DNA of 64,000 bases from an uncultured Acidobacteriota bacterium (GCA_963741955.1 CAVUKB010000004.1:608001-672000); one strand, 5' to 3'. Numbered from the stretch's first letter, positions 44,235-53,701 are shown. Notes: a model not told the origin generated them from the letters alone. Numbers and translations: made by a program.

Positions 44235-44408
44235 CGGATTGTTCACGGGATTTCTGCTGCGGAGCGCGATACGGGCCCGTCTGCGGCGTCAGACGGTGAT
44301 TTCGCTCCTCAACGTAGTGCAGTGACTACGCCTCGTAACGAAATCGCCGTCTTCCTTGCATCCGGACCCGCCTCGTGCTCCTTGCGACGAAATCCCGTGA
44401 ATAATCCG
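44235..44408. mobile_element. MITE family B copy (inverted)
   Basis: TIR CGGATTGTTCACGGGATTT / AAATCCCGTGAATAATCCG; interior homologous to 29861-30032. Confidence 0.75.
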
Positions 44409-44493
44409 CGCAGGCTCGGCTGAATCTGGCTTCCGATTCGCATTATGGGAAGAGGGGGATCTCCAAACCCGAACAGAAGGAGGACCCGCAGGA

Positions 44494-44937
44494 GTGGAAG
44501 GAACACTGATCCGTTGCCCTGAATGCGGGCGCACGAACCGCATTCCGCCGAACGCCGCAGGGAAGACGGTGGTATGCGGCGGGTGTAAGTCTGCGTTGCA
44601 GGTTTCCGGCGGCCGGCCGGTGGCTCTCGACCGATCGAGCTTCGACGGTGCGTTGCAGCGTCCCGAACCTCTGGTGGTCGATTTCTGGGCCGGGTGGTGC
44701 GGCCCGTGCCGGGTCGTGGCGCCGGTCATCGAGGAGCTCGCACGAGAGCGGCGCGACGTCATCTTCGGAAAGGTCGATGTCGATGCCAATCAGGAGATCG
44801 CAGCGCGTTTCCGGGTGAGCGGGATTCCGACGCTGATCTTTTTCCGCGGCGGCTCGGAGGTCGGGCGGCTCGTCGGAGCGGTGCCGCGCTCGCAGATCGA
44901 GCAGGCGATCGGTCAGTACTTCTCAAAGAGCGCGTGA
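44494..44937 (+). CDS. trxC: Zn-binding thioredoxin 2
   Basis: CPEC...CGGC plus WCGPC, GIPT. Confidence 0.92.
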   Translation: MEGTLIRCPECGRTNRIPPNAAGKTVVCGGCKSALQVSGGRPVALDRSSFDGALQRPEPLVVDFWAGWCGPCRVVAPVIEELARERRDVIFGKVDVDANQEIAARFRVSGIPTLIFFRGGSEVGRLVGAVPRSQIEQAIGQYFSKSA

Positions 44938-46016
44938 ACAGCGGAACCGACAGGGGCGACGATCTCGGCCGTTTTGCGCGGCGCGTCGCGGTCGTGGCTC
45001 TCTTCGTGATCGGGCTCCTCTTTCTCTGGGCAGTCCGCAACGTTCTGGTGCTGATTTTCATCTCCGCGGCGATCGCGGCCGGAATCGCGCCGACCGTCCG
45101 CCGGGTGCGAGCGCGGGTGCGGGCTTTCACCGGGAGACGGATCAACAGGGGCACCGCGGTGCTCCTGGTGTACTTTCCTTTCCTCCTCATCGCAGTGCTG
45201 TTCGCGGTTCTGATCGTTCCGCAGATGCTGGTGCAATCGAGGGGGCTGATCCAGGAGCTTCCGACGGTGATCGACCAGCGGATCATCACGCCGATCGAGA
45301 AGTTCGTTCCGATCCGGGAGATCGTCGCGAACGTCGATCTCGGCTCGGTCTCGAAGAATGCGCCGGTCTTCGGGTACGTGAAGGGGGCGGCGACGGGGCT
45401 CGCGTCGATCATCGCCATTCTCTTCCTGGTCTTCTACATGTTGATCGATGCCCCGCGGTTGGGGAGTCTGCTTCTCCTGCTGTTTCCGGAAGAACACCGC
45501 GCCATGTGGCAGCGGATGATCACCAGGATGGCGAAGCGGATGAGTTACTGGCTTTCCGGGCAGCTGATCCTCGCCATCACGGTCGCGGGCCTGATGTTCG
45601 TGACGCTACTCGCTCTGAGGGTTCCGTTCGCCGTCCCTCTCGCGTTCATTGCGGGGGTGGGCGAGCTGGTCCCGGTGATCGGGCCGATCATCGGCACCAC
45701 CCCGGCGATGATCGTGGCCCTGATGCAGTCGTCGTGGCAGTTCTGGTCCGCACTGCTGGTGGTGATCCTGATCCAGCAGCTCGAGAACCACATCCTCGCA
45801 CCGAGAATCCTCGGGTCGAAAGTGTCGGTCTCTCCTCTGACGGTGTTCATCGCGTTCATGATGGGGGCGGCGTTGCTCGGAATCGTCGGAGCGGTGATGG
45901 CGATTCCGGTGGCCGCGATCGCACAGGTCGCATTCGAAGAGGTGTTTCTTTCGCGGCGCGAGCGGAGAACGGACGGACGCCGGAAGGCGAGTCTGCTCTC
46001 GCGCCGGCGTGGATGA
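44934..46016 (+). CDS. AI-2E family transporter
   Basis: WLSGQ, VPVIGP, QQLENHILAPRI, GIVGAVMAIP; GTGA overlap with trxC. Confidence 0.9.
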   Translation: MNSGTDRGDDLGRFARRVAVVALFVIGLLFLWAVRNVLVLIFISAAIAAGIAPTVRRVRARVRAFTGRRINRGTAVLLVYFPFLLIAVLFAVLIVPQMLVQSRGLIQELPTVIDQRIITPIEKFVPIREIVANVDLGSVSKNAPVFGYVKGAATGLASIIAILFLVFYMLIDAPRLGSLLLLLFPEEHRAMWQRMITRMAKRMSYWLSGQLILAITVAGLMFVTLLALRVPFAVPLAFIAGVGELVPVIGPIIGTTPAMIVALMQSSWQFWSALLVVILIQQLENHILAPRILGSKVSVSPLTVFIAFMMGAALLGIVGAVMAIPVAAIAQVAFEEVFLSRRERRTDGRRKASLLSRRRG

Positions 46017-46125
46017 GAGTGGATGAGATGCGGTCTGGACCTTGCACTTTTGAGGTGAGCTCCGTGCCTGCCGGACCTCTCGTCCGGCGCCGATTCTCCC
46101 GGCGCGGGGAAGGAGGCAATCCGAC

Positions 46126-46362
46126 ATGAGAAACGAAATGATCGGCGCGGTGGTGCGCCGCGCGCTCGAGCATCCTGAGTTTCGTCGTCATCTGCTGGCC
46201 GATCCGGAAGTGGCGCTCTCGCAGCATGGTTTCGCGCTCGAGAGCAACGAGATGGACGAGATCCGCCGGATACGAGGTGAGATGATGCGGCACGAGTCGC
46301 AGGACGTGGAGCAGCGGCTCCGTTCGATCGCAGAGGAGTACGGAGTGCGACCAGGGTCGTAG
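46126..46362 (+). CDS. Small NHLP-clan (nitrile hydratase leader-like) protein
   Basis: AVVRRALEHPEFRRHLLADPEVAL..HGFAL..E; AAGGAGG RBS. Confidence 0.7.
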   Translation: MRNEMIGAVVRRALEHPEFRRHLLADPEVALSQHGFALESNEMDEIRRIRGEMMRHESQDVEQRLRSIAEEYGVRPGS

Positions 46363-46640
46363 CCCGGCCCATGGGTTGGACGTCCCGTCCGATGCAGGGC
46401 GGCCCAGTGGGTTGGACGTCCCGTCCGATGCAGGGCGGCCCAGTGGGTTGGACGTCCCGTCCGATGCAGGGCGGCGTCCCGCGCCGCCCTGTCCGGTGCG
46501 AAATGCGAAGATCGTCCCGAGAGTCGAGAGACGAACGGACCGCATCGCGAGAGGTACGATCCGCGTTTGGTTGCCGCCATCGCTCCCCGGCAGGATGCCG
46601 GGGAGCCCTGGAGTTTGGCGTTTCTCGAGCAAGGCGCGAG

Positions 46641-48053
46641 CTACGAAGTGGCGTACTGGACAGCCATTTCGGGGGTGACAGCGGATTTCGAGCGCTTCAG
46701 GTGTCGTGCGACGGGGGTCTGGAAGTCGGTGAAATTGGGGGGTTCGAAGTTGCGGATGTGGCGAATGCAGGCGGATCGCATCGCGCGAAGGTACTGGCCG
46801 GTGGGTATTCGCCACTGATCGGGGATATCGTTGTCTCTCCACTTGGGCATCAGTTCGGGGGGCGCAGTGGAGCCGAGGCCGAAGCAATCGGCGGCAGCGA
46901 GGAGCATCATCGAGTAGACGGCTACGGCGAAAGCGGGCAGCGAGTCGACCGATCGCCGGTTGCGCACCTGCGCCTGGCCGACACCGAAGATCTGCTTTTC
47001 GTCGCGGTGATTGACCTCGATATCCCAGCGGCGGAAGTAGGCTTGGACGAGCTCGACGAGCGAGAGTTTCAGGTCGGTACAGATCAGGAACGCCGGTTTG
47101 CGATACAGCAGGCGTGATTTCTTGCGGAGCCGATAGCCCAGTGGCCGGATCACGACGAGCCGCAGAGGCAGTTCATAACCCGAAGTTTTCCAAAGCACGG
47201 GACCGATGGTCTTGATCGAACAGGCGTGTTCACGACCCGAGGCCCAGACTTGGACCTGTTGCCAGTCGATGGATTGGTCCACGCGGAGTTGATCGGGTGT
47301 TGGGGCCTGATCGCCATACCAGCGCTTGCGTCCGCGAAGCGGTTGAGAGTTTGGAGGAAAGAACAGCTTCGCGTCGCCTCGGATGCGACCGATCAGGATC
47401 GTTCGTTCCGGCAAGTTCCGCAGAACCGTACGGTTGGTGTAACCGCCGTCAACCACCGGCATCAGCACGCGCTCGCTCGCTCCGAGCTGGTCAAAGTCCT
47501 TGCGAGTTTGGATCAGCAGACGCGTTGCACCGATGGAAAGATTCTGCTCTTTCTGCTGGCGACGATACTCGGCACGTTCCTGCTCGGTTGCTCCGGCCCC
47601 CGGGCGAACCGCCGGAGGCTGGTGATTGAACCGGATCGGGAAGCTGCGCGCCGGACCGGCAGACTGGCCAGTTAAAGGAACACTGATCGCAGCCTGAATG
47701 AACCGTTGGGCGCGGATCAAGTTCGTGTGGAAAGGCGGCGACATCGGATCGCGCTGATAACTCACGCCTGGGATCTTCATGCCCGTCTTGCGCAACTTCG
47801 TGTCATCCAGCGGCAGCACCAGCGGTGCGTCGAGCGGCAAGTACGCGAGCAGGTGTCGTTCGATGACTCTGAACATCTCGCTCACATCGAACCGACCCTC
47901 CGAGAAAACGCGATAGTCTGCCGACCAGTCCTGCTGCGGATCGCGGCCTGCTTCAATCATTCCGCTTACCGTGTGTCGCCCGGTGCAGTTGAGCAGGCCG
48001 ATGGCCAACCCACGAACCCGCTGAAGCACCCGAGCATCACAGGATCCATTCAA
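46641..48053 (-). CDS. DDE transposase (IS701/IS4-like)
   Basis: LDDTKLRK, VVDGGY, YFRRWDIEVNHRDEK; frame open upstream through the A9 run; only a weak TTG start. Confidence 0.9.
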   Translation of the reverse strand: MNGSCDARVLQRVRGLAIGLLNCTGRHTVSGMIEAGRDPQQDWSADYRVFSEGRFDVSEMFRVIERHLLAYLPLDAPLVLPLDDTKLRKTGMKIPGVSYQRDPMSPPFHTNLIRAQRFIQAAISVPLTGQSAGPARSFPIRFNHQPPAVRPGAGATEQERAEYRRQQKEQNLSIGATRLLIQTRKDFDQLGASERVLMPVVDGGYTNRTVLRNLPERTILIGRIRGDAKLFFPPNSQPLRGRKRWYGDQAPTPDQLRVDQSIDWQQVQVWASGREHACSIKTIGPVLWKTSGYELPLRLVVIRPLGYRLRKKSRLLYRKPAFLICTDLKLSLVELVQAYFRRWDIEVNHRDEKQIFGVGQAQVRNRRSVDSLPAFAVAVYSMMLLAAADCFGLGSTAPPELMPKWRDNDIPDQWRIPTGQYLRAMRSACIRHIRNFEPPNFTDFQTPVARHLKRSKSAVTPEMAVQYATS

Positions 48054-48093
48054 TTCGTCGAAGATCGCGTTGAATGAGCGAAGAAGATTTCGA

Positions 48094-48303
48094 TCAGCGT
48101 TTTTTTTTGACCCGCTTCGCTTCGACGGTTCCGGTCGGATCCTTTGCCCGCTTGAGGATCAGCGTTCGCTTGTCCTCGATGACCCATTCGACGATCTCAC
48201 CGCGAATGAATTCACAAGCTTGGGCCACGGCCGCGGGAAGGTTCACGTACCACTGCCTGCTCTTTGCACGAGCGATCAGCTGCACTTTGGTTGGAAATCC
48301 CAT
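48094..48303 (-). CDS. Small AbrB/MazE/SpoVT-like DNA-binding protein inside the IS
   Basis: MGFPTKVQLI...QWYVNLPAAVAQACEF.RGE.VEW.IED...LILKR; AAGGAGG RBS. Confidence 0.75.
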   Translation of the reverse strand: MGFPTKVQLIARAKSRQWYVNLPAAVAQACEFIRGEIVEWVIEDKRTLILKRAKDPTGTVEAKRVKKKR

Positions 48304-48319
48304 GGTGACCTCCTTCTGG

Positions 48320-48337
48320 TCTAGTGATATAACTAGA
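48320..48337. promoter_or_regulatory. Palindrome just upstream of the IS ORF RBS (candidate operator)
   Basis: TCTAGTGATATAACTAGA. Confidence 0.4.
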
Positions 48338-49172
48338 TACCACGGGACGAAAAAAAAGTCCAGAATTCCTGGACTTCCGCCCAACGACTCCGAGTTCCGC
48401 CAAACTCCAGCGCTCCCCGGCAGGATGCCGGGGAGCCTCGCGCGAGACGCGCGACCCACGCGGCGCGACCCACAGGGCAGTGGGTTGGACGTCCCGTCCG
48501 ATGCAGGGTGGCCCAGTGGGTTGGACGTCCCGTCCGATGCAGGGCGGCGTCCCGCGCCGCCCTGTCCGGTGCGAAATGCGAAGATCGTCCCGAGAGTCGA
48601 GAGACGAACGGACCGCGGCGCGAGAGGCGGGATCCGCGTTTGGTTGCCGCCATCGCTCCCCGGCAGGATGCCGGGGAGCCTCGCGCGAGACGCGCGACCC
48701 ACGCGGCGCGACCCACAGGGCAGTGGGTTGGACGTCCCGTCCGATGCAGGGTGGCCCAGTGGGTTGGACGTCCCGTCCGATGCAGGGCGGCGTCCCGCGC
48801 CGCCCTGTCCGGTGCGAGATACTCGGATTGTCCCGAGATAAGAGAAGAACGGACTACGGCGCGAGAGGCGGGATCCGCGTTTGATTGCCGCCATCGCTCC
48901 CCGGCAGGATGCCGGGGAGCCTCGCGCGAGACGCGCGACCCACTGACGCGCGACCCACCGGACGCGCGACCCACTCGGCGCGCGACCGACGCGGCAGATG
49001 CGAGGATCGTCCCGAGAGAAGAGCCGAACGCCCCGATCTCCCATCCCTCCGAAACCTCTTCGCGACTCCATCGTCTTCAAGTAGAGGAATTTGTCTGATA
49101 ATGGTCCGGTTCGATTCGGCTGGTGCGGCAGCATCGGACGACAATCCCATATCAATCCGAGGTGACAACCTG

Positions 49173-51065
49173 ATGGCTTCACCTGCACGCCGGCTGGGGA
49201 GACGATTCGCACTCATCGCTCCAGTCCTTCTCCTGGCGCTTTCGACGACTGCTTACGCATATCCGACCGCTCGGACCCAGACCCACATGGTCTACGACGC
49301 GGCGGAGGGAAACATTCTCCTCTTCGGTGGGGTGACCGGGACCGACTCGGGCAACAAGAGAGTCTTCCTCAACGACACCTGGGAGTGGAACGGGAAACGG
49401 TGGATCGAGGTTCGACCGGCTCACCAGCCGAGTGGCCGTTCCGCCGGCGGGATGATCTACGACTCGAACCACGATGACGCGGTCCTCTTCGGCGGCTTCG
49501 ACGGCACAAACTACCTGAACGACACCTGGTTCTTCGTCGACGGTGACTGGCAGCGGCAGTCGACGGCCGATGCTCCGACGCCGCGGCGTCTGTTCGGGAT
49601 GACCTACGATCCGGTCATGGACCGGACCTTCGTCTTCGGCGGATCGAACGCGACCGCAAATCTCTACGATACGTGGACGTTCGACGGAACCACGTGGACC
49701 AGAGTCAACGAGACCGGGCCTTCGGTGAACACTCCGTTCCTGGTGTACGACGCGGCGCGGGATCAGGTTCTCCTGATCGGGCAGACTGCGGAAGCGGTGA
49801 CTCAGATGTACCGCTGGAGCAGCGATCACTGGGAGCAGCTGACGCCGGACACACTTCCCACCTGCATCAACTCGACTTCGATCGTCTACGAGCCGAACAA
49901 CCAGAAGGTCCTGATGGTCGGCGGCTTCTGTTCGAACGCCTTCCCGAGCAGCGACTCGTGGGAGTGGGATGGCACCAACTGGACGAAGCTGACCACCAGC
50001 CCTCCGATCGGATTTCTCTACGGAGAGGCGATGGCCTACGACCCGAATCGGGAAGAAGTCATCGTGTTCGGCGGAATCGATTCCCTCACCCGGAACGAAA
50101 CCTATCGCTACCGGGATCTGAAGTTCACCCAGGCCTCCGACACGTTCACTCCGGGGCCCCGCTCACTTCCGGTGATGGCGACGGATCCCGAGAGCGGCAC
50201 CATCTGGATGTACGGGGGACACAACGTCCGGCGGGACTTCTTCGATCTCTGGCGCTACTCGAGCGGCCGCTGGGTGAGGGTCAACGCGTCGAACACCCCG
50301 GTCTGTACCTATGGGGCGGGGACGTGGGATCCCAGCCGCAAGAAGATGGTTCTCCTCTGTGAGGATTCGACGACCTACGAATGGGACGGATCGAGCTGGA
50401 AAGCATTTCCCGATCTGAAAAATCTCCCACCCGGCCGTCGATTCAGCTCTCTGGCCTACGATCCGGCGCTGAAGAAGGTTCTTCTCTTCGGCGGCTGGGA
50501 GACGATCAACCGGTACCTGAACGACATCTGGGAGTGGGACGGCACGAACTGGACGAAGGTCGACCGGAAGGGGAGTGCTCCCGATCCGCGATCTTCCGCC
50601 GCATTCTTCTGGGATCCTTCGACCCAGAAGATGATGGTGTTCGGTGGAATCGGACGGCCGACGCAGGAGGACAGCGCCCGCCGCTACGGCGACATGTTCA
50701 GCTGGGACGGCTCGCGATGGAACGAGGTGAAGCCCTCCACCGCGCCTTCGATCCGCTACGCGATGACGACCGGCACGGATCCGCTCACGGGACAGCCGAT
50801 GATCTTCGGCGGGAAAGACCAGAACGAGAACTACCTCGCCGAGCAGTGGAGCTGGGATGGCTCGAAGTGGCTGAAGGTCGAGCCGGGTCAGCATCCGGAG
50901 GCTCGTATCAACAGTGCGATGACCATCGATCCCATCACTGGTGACCTGACCCTCTACGGCGGATACGACGGCCGTTACTTTCAGGATACGTGGACCTGGG
51001 ACGGTACGAACTGGACCCTCGTTCCGGTTCCTCCCGGGAAGCAGCGCGGAATCGGGTTTCCGTAA
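49173..51065 (+). CDS. Secreted kelch-repeat beta-propeller protein
   Basis: Signal peptide; about 12 repeats of YD...LFGG...DTWEWDG..W. Confidence 0.85.
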   Translation: MASPARRLGRRFALIAPVLLLALSTTAYAYPTARTQTHMVYDAAEGNILLFGGVTGTDSGNKRVFLNDTWEWNGKRWIEVRPAHQPSGRSAGGMIYDSNHDDAVLFGGFDGTNYLNDTWFFVDGDWQRQSTADAPTPRRLFGMTYDPVMDRTFVFGGSNATANLYDTWTFDGTTWTRVNETGPSVNTPFLVYDAARDQVLLIGQTAEAVTQMYRWSSDHWEQLTPDTLPTCINSTSIVYEPNNQKVLMVGGFCSNAFPSSDSWEWDGTNWTKLTTSPPIGFLYGEAMAYDPNREEVIVFGGIDSLTRNETYRYRDLKFTQASDTFTPGPRSLPVMATDPESGTIWMYGGHNVRRDFFDLWRYSSGRWVRVNASNTPVCTYGAGTWDPSRKKMVLLCEDSTTYEWDGSSWKAFPDLKNLPPGRRFSSLAYDPALKKVLLFGGWETINRYLNDIWEWDGTNWTKVDRKGSAPDPRSSAAFFWDPSTQKMMVFGGIGRPTQEDSARRYGDMFSWDGSRWNEVKPSTAPSIRYAMTTGTDPLTGQPMIFGGKDQNENYLAEQWSWDGSKWLKVEPGQHPEARINSAMTIDPITGDLTLYGGYDGRYFQDTWTWDGTNWTLVPVPPGKQRGIGFP

Positions 51066-51087
51066 CGCCGAATGATCGGGATGAAGG

Positions 51088-51123
51088 CGTCGGACTCGTC
51101 GGACCTGTCGAACGAGTCCGACG
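51088..51123. repeat. Nonamer-family hairpin downstream of the kelch gene (possible terminator)
   Basis: Perfect 12-bp stem CGTCGGACTCGT/ACGAGTCCGACG. Confidence 0.55.
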
Positions 51124-51219
51124 GTTCGTCTCCCGGGGCGTGGCTTACTCGCTCCCGTTCACGTTTCCCGCTGCTCCCTACTCTTTCCGATTTCCGCTCC
51201 CGGTGCTAACCTCTCCTCG

Positions 51220-52173
51220 ATGACCGAGACCATGATCACTCCAGCGGGCGGCAGGGCCTCGACCCCCGGCCGCACCGTTCACGACGCCATCGCTGCGTTC
51301 GTTCCGGTGGACGCCGTAGCGGCTGAAGAGCGAGCTGCGTCGCTGGCAAAACGCTCACTGAAAAAGGACGCGAAGGTCTGGGGCCTGAGGACCATCATCA
51401 GCATGATCGACCTCACCACCCTGGAAGGAAAGGACACCCGCGGTAAGGTCTTCGCGCTCTGCCGGAAAGCACGCCAGCCCGACCCCGCGGATCGCTCGAT
51501 TCCGCACGTCGCCGCGGTCTGTATCTACCCGGCGATGGTGCCGTACGTCAAAACGGCACTGGAAGGATCGGGAGTGAAGACCGCCTCCGTGGCGACCGGT
51601 TTTCCGAGCGGCCAGACGTTCCTGGAGGTCAAGCTGGACGAGACGCGGAGGACGGTGGCGGCCGGAGCGGACGAGATCGACATGGTGATCAACCGTGGCG
51701 CGTTTCTCTCCGGCGACTACGACCGGGTCTTCGACGAGATCGTGGCGGTGAAGGAAGCGAGCGGACCGGCTCATCTGAAAGTGATTCTGGAGACGTCGGA
51801 GCTCGGGAGCTACGACGAGATCCGCCGGGCTTCGATGATCGCCATGTACGCGGGCGCTGATTTCATCAAGACCTCCACCGGCAAGGCATCGAAGGGAGCG
51901 ACGCTTCCGATCACGCTGGTGATGCTCGAAGCGATCCGCGACTTCTACCAGATGACCGGCCGCCGGATCGGAATGAAGCCGGCGGGCGGCATCTCGAACG
52001 CGAAACTCGCACTCGCCTATCTCGTGATGCTCTACGAGACTCTGGGGGGAGAATGGATGACGCCGGAGCTCTTCCGCTTCGGCGCCAGCTCGCTGCTCAA
52101 TGACGTTCTGATGCAGATCCAGAAGGAGCGGAGTCACGCCTACCAGTCCGGCGACTACTTCACACTCGACTGA
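51220..52173 (+). CDS. deoC: Deoxyribose-phosphate aldolase
   Basis: IDLTTLEG, GADEIDMV, HLKVILET, DFIKTSTGK, KPAGG, RFGASSL. Confidence 0.95.
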   Translation: MTETMITPAGGRASTPGRTVHDAIAAFVPVDAVAAEERAASLAKRSLKKDAKVWGLRTIISMIDLTTLEGKDTRGKVFALCRKARQPDPADRSIPHVAAVCIYPAMVPYVKTALEGSGVKTASVATGFPSGQTFLEVKLDETRRTVAAGADEIDMVINRGAFLSGDYDRVFDEIVAVKEASGPAHLKVILETSELGSYDEIRRASMIAMYAGADFIKTSTGKASKGATLPITLVMLEAIRDFYQMTGRRIGMKPAGGISNAKLALAYLVMLYETLGGEWMTPELFRFGASSLLNDVLMQIQKERSHAYQSGDYFTLD

Positions 52174-53693
52174 TGACAGAGATGACTGAAACCGAAATTC
52201 AGAATGAGCGCGAAGCGCTCGAGCGCCTCGCCCCCGGACCCGCCTCGCCGATGCCCATCACCTGGGAGTACGCTCCGGCGCTCGAATCGACCGACCACGT
52301 CAAGCTGCGTCCCCGGTACGGGCTGTTCATCGGTGGACAATTCGTCGAACCACTCTCCGGGAAGTACTTTCCCACCATCAGCCCGTCGACGGAGAGCGTT
52401 CTCGCCGAGATCGCCGAGGGAGGAGAGGCGGACGTCGATGCGGCGGTGAAGGAAGCGCGGCGCGCGTACGACCGCTACTGGAAGAAGCTCTCGCCGACCG
52501 AGCGTGCGAAATACATTTTCCGGATCGCGCGTCTGATCCAGGAGAAGGCGCGGGCGCTCGCAGTGGTGGAGACGATGAACGGCGGCAAGCCGATCAAGGA
52601 GTCTCGCGACGTCGACATCCCGCTCGCCGCGGCCCACTTCTTCTACTACGCCGGATGGGCGGACAAGCTGGAGTATGCCTTTCCGGGAAGGCGCGTCGCT
52701 CCGGTCGGCGTCGCCGGACAGATCATCCCGTGGAACTTCCCTCTGCTGATGGCGGCGTGGAAACTCGCGCCTGCACTCGCGGCCGGCAACACCGTGGTGC
52801 TCAAACCCGCCGAGACCACTCCGCTCACAGCGTTGATGCTGGCGGAGATCATCCAGGAGGCGGAGCTTCCGCCCGGCGTGGTGAACATCGTGACCGGAGG
52901 AGGGGAGACCGGGGCGATGCTGGTGCGCCATCCCGAAGTCGACAAGATCGCGTTCACCGGGTCGACCGAGGTGGGGAAGAAGATTCAACGGACGATCGCC
53001 GGATCGAAGAAACGTCTGACCCTCGAGCTCGGGGGAAAGGCGCCGAACATCGTCTTCGAGGATGCTCCGATCGACCAGGCGGTGGAAGGGATCATCAACG
53101 GGATCTACTTCAACCAGGGTCACGTCTGTTGCGCCGGGTCACGCCTCTTCGTCCAGGAGTCGGTCTTCGAGAAAGTGATCCGGAAGCTCGGCAGCCGCAT
53201 TCAGACGCTCCGGGTCGGCGATCCTCTGGACAAGAACACCGACGTCGGCGCGATCAACTCGCGCGCACAGCTGGAGAAGATCCGTGAGCTGGTCGGCAGT
53301 GGAGTGGAAGAAGGGGCCGAGATCCATCAGTCGTCGTGCGATCTTCCCGACCGTGGATTCTGGTTCGCGCCGACCTTCTTCACCGGAGTCGCGCAGTCGC
53401 ATCGCATCGCGCAGGAGGAGATCTTCGGTCCGGTCCTTTCGGTGCTGACCTTCCGCACCCCGGAAGAAGCGATCGAGAAGGCGAACAACACCCCGTACGG
53501 ACTCTCGGCGGGAGTCTGGACCGAGAAGGGTTCGCGCATCCTCCGGATGGCACAGAAGCTCCGGGCCGGCGTGATCTGGGCCAACACTTACAACAAGTTC
53601 GATCCTTCGTCGCCCTTCGGCGGTTACAAGGAGTCGGGATTCGGCCGCGAAGGGGGACGTCACGGGCTTTCCCCGTACGTCGAGCTTCAGTGA
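52173..53693 (+). CDS. Aldehyde dehydrogenase
   Basis: PWNFP, FTGSTEVG, LELGGK, GHVCCAG, EEIFGP, PFGGYKESG. Confidence 0.95.
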   Translation: MTEMTETEIQNEREALERLAPGPASPMPITWEYAPALESTDHVKLRPRYGLFIGGQFVEPLSGKYFPTISPSTESVLAEIAEGGEADVDAAVKEARRAYDRYWKKLSPTERAKYIFRIARLIQEKARALAVVETMNGGKPIKESRDVDIPLAAAHFFYYAGWADKLEYAFPGRRVAPVGVAGQIIPWNFPLLMAAWKLAPALAAGNTVVLKPAETTPLTALMLAEIIQEAELPPGVVNIVTGGGETGAMLVRHPEVDKIAFTGSTEVGKKIQRTIAGSKKRLTLELGGKAPNIVFEDAPIDQAVEGIINGIYFNQGHVCCAGSRLFVQESVFEKVIRKLGSRIQTLRVGDPLDKNTDVGAINSRAQLEKIRELVGSGVEEGAEIHQSSCDLPDRGFWFAPTFFTGVAQSHRIAQEEIFGPVLSVLTFRTPEEAIEKANNTPYGLSAGVWTEKGSRILRMAQKLRAGVIWANTYNKFDPSSPFGGYKESGFGREGGRHGLSPYVELQ

Positions 53694-53701
53694 GGAACGG
53701 A

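Larger units (their letters stand above)
46608..48410 (-). mobile_element. Insertion sequence (IS4 superfamily/IS701-like), 1803 bp
   Basis: 13-bp perfect TIR CTGGAGTTTGGCG / CGCCAAACTCCAG; flanking 27-bp direct repeat at 46581-46607 and 48411-48437. Confidence 0.92.
46372..48990. repeat. REP/BIME-like mosaic array (units of about 243 bp) interrupted by an IS
   Basis: Seven GGGTTGGACGTCCCGTCCGATGC copies, four GCTCCCCGGCAGGATGCCGGGGAGC hairpins, opposite-strand GTGGGTCGCGCGTCTCGCGCGA; unit starts at 48411, 48654 and 48895. Confidence 0.9.

Noticed and set aside
46372-46470. CRISPR interpretation of the GGGTTGGACGTCCCGTCCGATGC repeats
   Set aside because: Head-to-tail units with short near-identical linkers and no unique spacers; fits REP
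48304-49212. 372-aa ORF 48094-49212 and the kelch extension from 48885
   Set aside because: These run through the REP array; only 48094-48303 and 49173 onward look coding
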